Source: a virus
Length of the DNA: 17,098 nt
Strand: one strand, 5' to 3'
Virus genome (UHGV): UHGV-1343268
In this document: positions 15,693 to 17,098 of the stretch, piece by piece
How the letters are laid out: every line of letters begins with the position of its first letter
Numbering within the stretch: the stretch's first letter is position 1
The notes under the pieces: model-generated
What the model saw: only the letters and a program-made list of their open reading frames with translations
What the model was told of the DNA's origin: nothing
Databases searched by the model: none
Made by a program: the position numbers and the translations under genes

Positions 15693-16270
15693 TGCGGGCC
15701 TCCTGTCGAATCGCTGCCACCTTTAACGCCACCGTGTTTATGCGTATGCACTGTGATACCGTTTGAGGTGAAATTGCCGCCGCTGTGCGTGATATTGCCG
15801 CTCATCTTTCCCCCTTTTGTGACGTCAAGCGTCGCCGTTCTCAGAAGGTTTGTGCATTCCACGACGGGCGTATCCAGTTTCACGCTGACGGATGCCTGCA
15901 GGCTGGCTGTTTTCATGCCGCTGGCGCTCAGTGCGCCAGCGTCTGCGTCGTAGCGGAACACCGCGCCGTCCGGTGCGGTGATCACGATTTCTTTCAGGCT
16001 TTTGCCGGGGGCCGGACTGGCATCACTCCACAGACTGCCAATTATCATGGCGGTTTCCGGGTTGCCGCCAATGCAGGCAATTACCACCTGTTCGCCTGGT
16101 GATGGCGGTAGCCACACATTGAAGGCTCCCGCGCGCGTGGTGTTCCAGCGCAGCCAGCCTGTTTCCAGTTCGCCGCTGCGAACGCGCACGCGCCAGGACT
16201 TCTCATCAACTTCAGAGATGATCCCGGTGCGGATGATGTTGCTCAGCAGTCGCATGAGTTCTGCGCTCAC
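15689..16270 (-). CDS. V: Baseplate spike / assembly protein V (P2 gpV-like)
   Basis: 193 aa with a Gly-rich C-terminus; lies upstream of W. Start overlaps the stop of the preceding gene. Confidence 0.85.
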   Translation of the reverse strand: MSAELMRLLSNIIRTGIISEVDEKSWRVRVRSGELETGWLRWNTTRAGAFNVWLPPSPGEQVVIACIGGNPETAMIIGSLWSDASPAPGKSLKEIVITAPDGAVFRYDADAGALSASGMKTASLQASVSVKLDTPVVECTNLLRTATLDVTKGGKMSGNITHSGGNFTSNGITVHTHKHGGVKGGSDSTGGPQ

Positions 16271-16911
16271 CGTACAGCCTCCGCAATCCGGCCCAGCACC
16301 GTGTTATAAATCAGGCGCTCATCTGCCTGGCTGATACCCAGCAGCTCACGTACCGGGTAATCGGTGAAAATGCCCGGCGCAACCTGATCGCGCTCACCGA
16401 ACTGATGAACGCGTGCAATACGTGCGGCCACGCCGCTGTAACCCACCGTCACACCGGAAGCATCTGCACGGGCTTTCAGGTAGCGGGCGGTGCGCAGTTT
16501 TACGAACATGGGGACGCGCCTGGTGCTGTCCTGGTTGATGCGCTGGGTGCGTATTTCCAGAAAACGGTCAATGTCATCCCGGTAAAACGTGCGGATATTG
16601 TTTTTATCCTCATCCCACCCGGTAATGGTTCGCCCGTATTTCCCCGTGTCGTGATGCCAGTTTTTCAGCGTGCGTGCTTCGTTATTCCAGATAAAGCGAA
16701 TGCGCTCCTGTATCCGGGTTACGCGGCGTCTGCGTGGTGTCCATTCGGTCCCGTCCGGCGCTTTTTGTGACCGGATACGTGCCTGCTGGGCGCGACGTAA
16801 ATCCTGTGCCAGCTTTCTGGCGATGTTATTGATGGCCTGCTGATTCAGGCTGTCGCGGATAGCCTCAAAGGTTTCATCCACGCGGGTGAATGCCTTATCC
16901 ATCGCTTTCAC
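16267..16911 (-). CDS. S: Virion morphogenesis / tail completion protein (gpS-like)
   Basis: 214-aa ORF immediately upstream of V on the same strand, the position of P2 S. Start is GTG at 16911 or ATG at 16902 (GGGG about 8 nt upstream). Assignment rests mainly on synteny; it is larger than P2 gpS (about 150 aa). Confidence 0.55.
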   Translation of the reverse strand: MKAMDKAFTRVDETFEAIRDSLNQQAINNIARKLAQDLRRAQQARIRSQKAPDGTEWTPRRRRVTRIQERIRFIWNNEARTLKNWHHDTGKYGRTITGWDEDKNNIRTFYRDDIDRFLEIRTQRINQDSTRRVPMFVKLRTARYLKARADASGVTVGYSGVAARIARVHQFGERDQVAPGIFTDYPVRELLGISQADERLIYNTVLGRIAEAVR

Positions 16912-17098
16912 CCCACGTCACATCCTGGAATACATGCGACCAGTCGCCTTCGGAAGAAGGCAGACGGGGTTTTGGCTCCGGCAGGTGTTCTGCCTGCGGT
17001 GTGCCCTGACTGTTGCGCGTGATGCGAACGCGTTCCCGCAGGGGGAGCGTAAACAGGAGATCGGCGCTGTCATCGTCATTGATAACGGCAGAAAATTT
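16895..17098 (-). CDS. 3' portion of an upstream late gene, possibly gpR-like tail completion protein (partial, continues beyond the window)
   Basis: Manual translation of the minus strand gives an open frame from the window edge to TAA at 16895-16897 (...LLFTLPLRERVRITRNSQGTPQAEHLPEPKPRLPSSEGDWSHVFQDVTWGESDG). It overlaps the S start. Identity is inferred from position only. Confidence 0.35.
   Translation of the reverse strand, partial: KFSAVINDDDSADLLFTLPLRERVRITRNSQGTPQAEHLPEPKPRLPSSEGDWSHVFQDVTWGESDG

Larger units (their letters stand above)
1324..17098. mobile_element. P2-like prophage segment: tail and baseplate module through ogr, extending beyond the right edge
   Basis: Contiguous set of P2-family late genes (R', S, V, W, J, I, H, tfa, FI, FII, E/E', T, U, D, ogr) with translationally coupled overlaps. 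The left boundary is not defined: no att core or integrase was recognised. Confidence 0.85.

Overview
This window is the tail-morphogenesis arm of a P2-like (Peduovirus-type) prophage from an enterobacterial genome, running from a partial tail-completion gene at the right edge to ogr near the left edge. All calls rest on reading the six-frame translations and on recalled family signatures; no database search was run. Minus strand carries R'(partial)-S-V-W-J-I-H(tail fibre)-tfa and, further left, D-[cargo]-ogr-[hok-like]; plus strand carries FI(sheath)-FII(tube)-E/E'-T(tape measure)-U-[acetyltransferase cargo]. Relative to canonical P2 (V W J I H G FI FII E T U D ogr, all co-directional) the FI-to-U block is in the opposite orientation. 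Two AT-rich cargo genes interrupt the module: a 379-aa protein with an N-terminal SEC-C-type zinc motif between D and ogr (the best candidate for an undescribed accessory or defence function), and a serine-acetyltransferase-like hexapeptide acyltransferase behind a near-consensus sigma70 promoter between U and tfa. The tail fibre is mosaic (P2 gpH-like N-terminus, perfect 132-bp tandem repeats, lambda Stf-like C-terminus ending [11 protein letters not shown]) and is interrupted by two N-runs, so its length and repeat number are unresolved. Left of ogr lie a Hok/Gef-like small toxin ORF and a small Cys-rich exported protein. No integrase, att core, tRNA, rRNA or CRISPR array was recognised.
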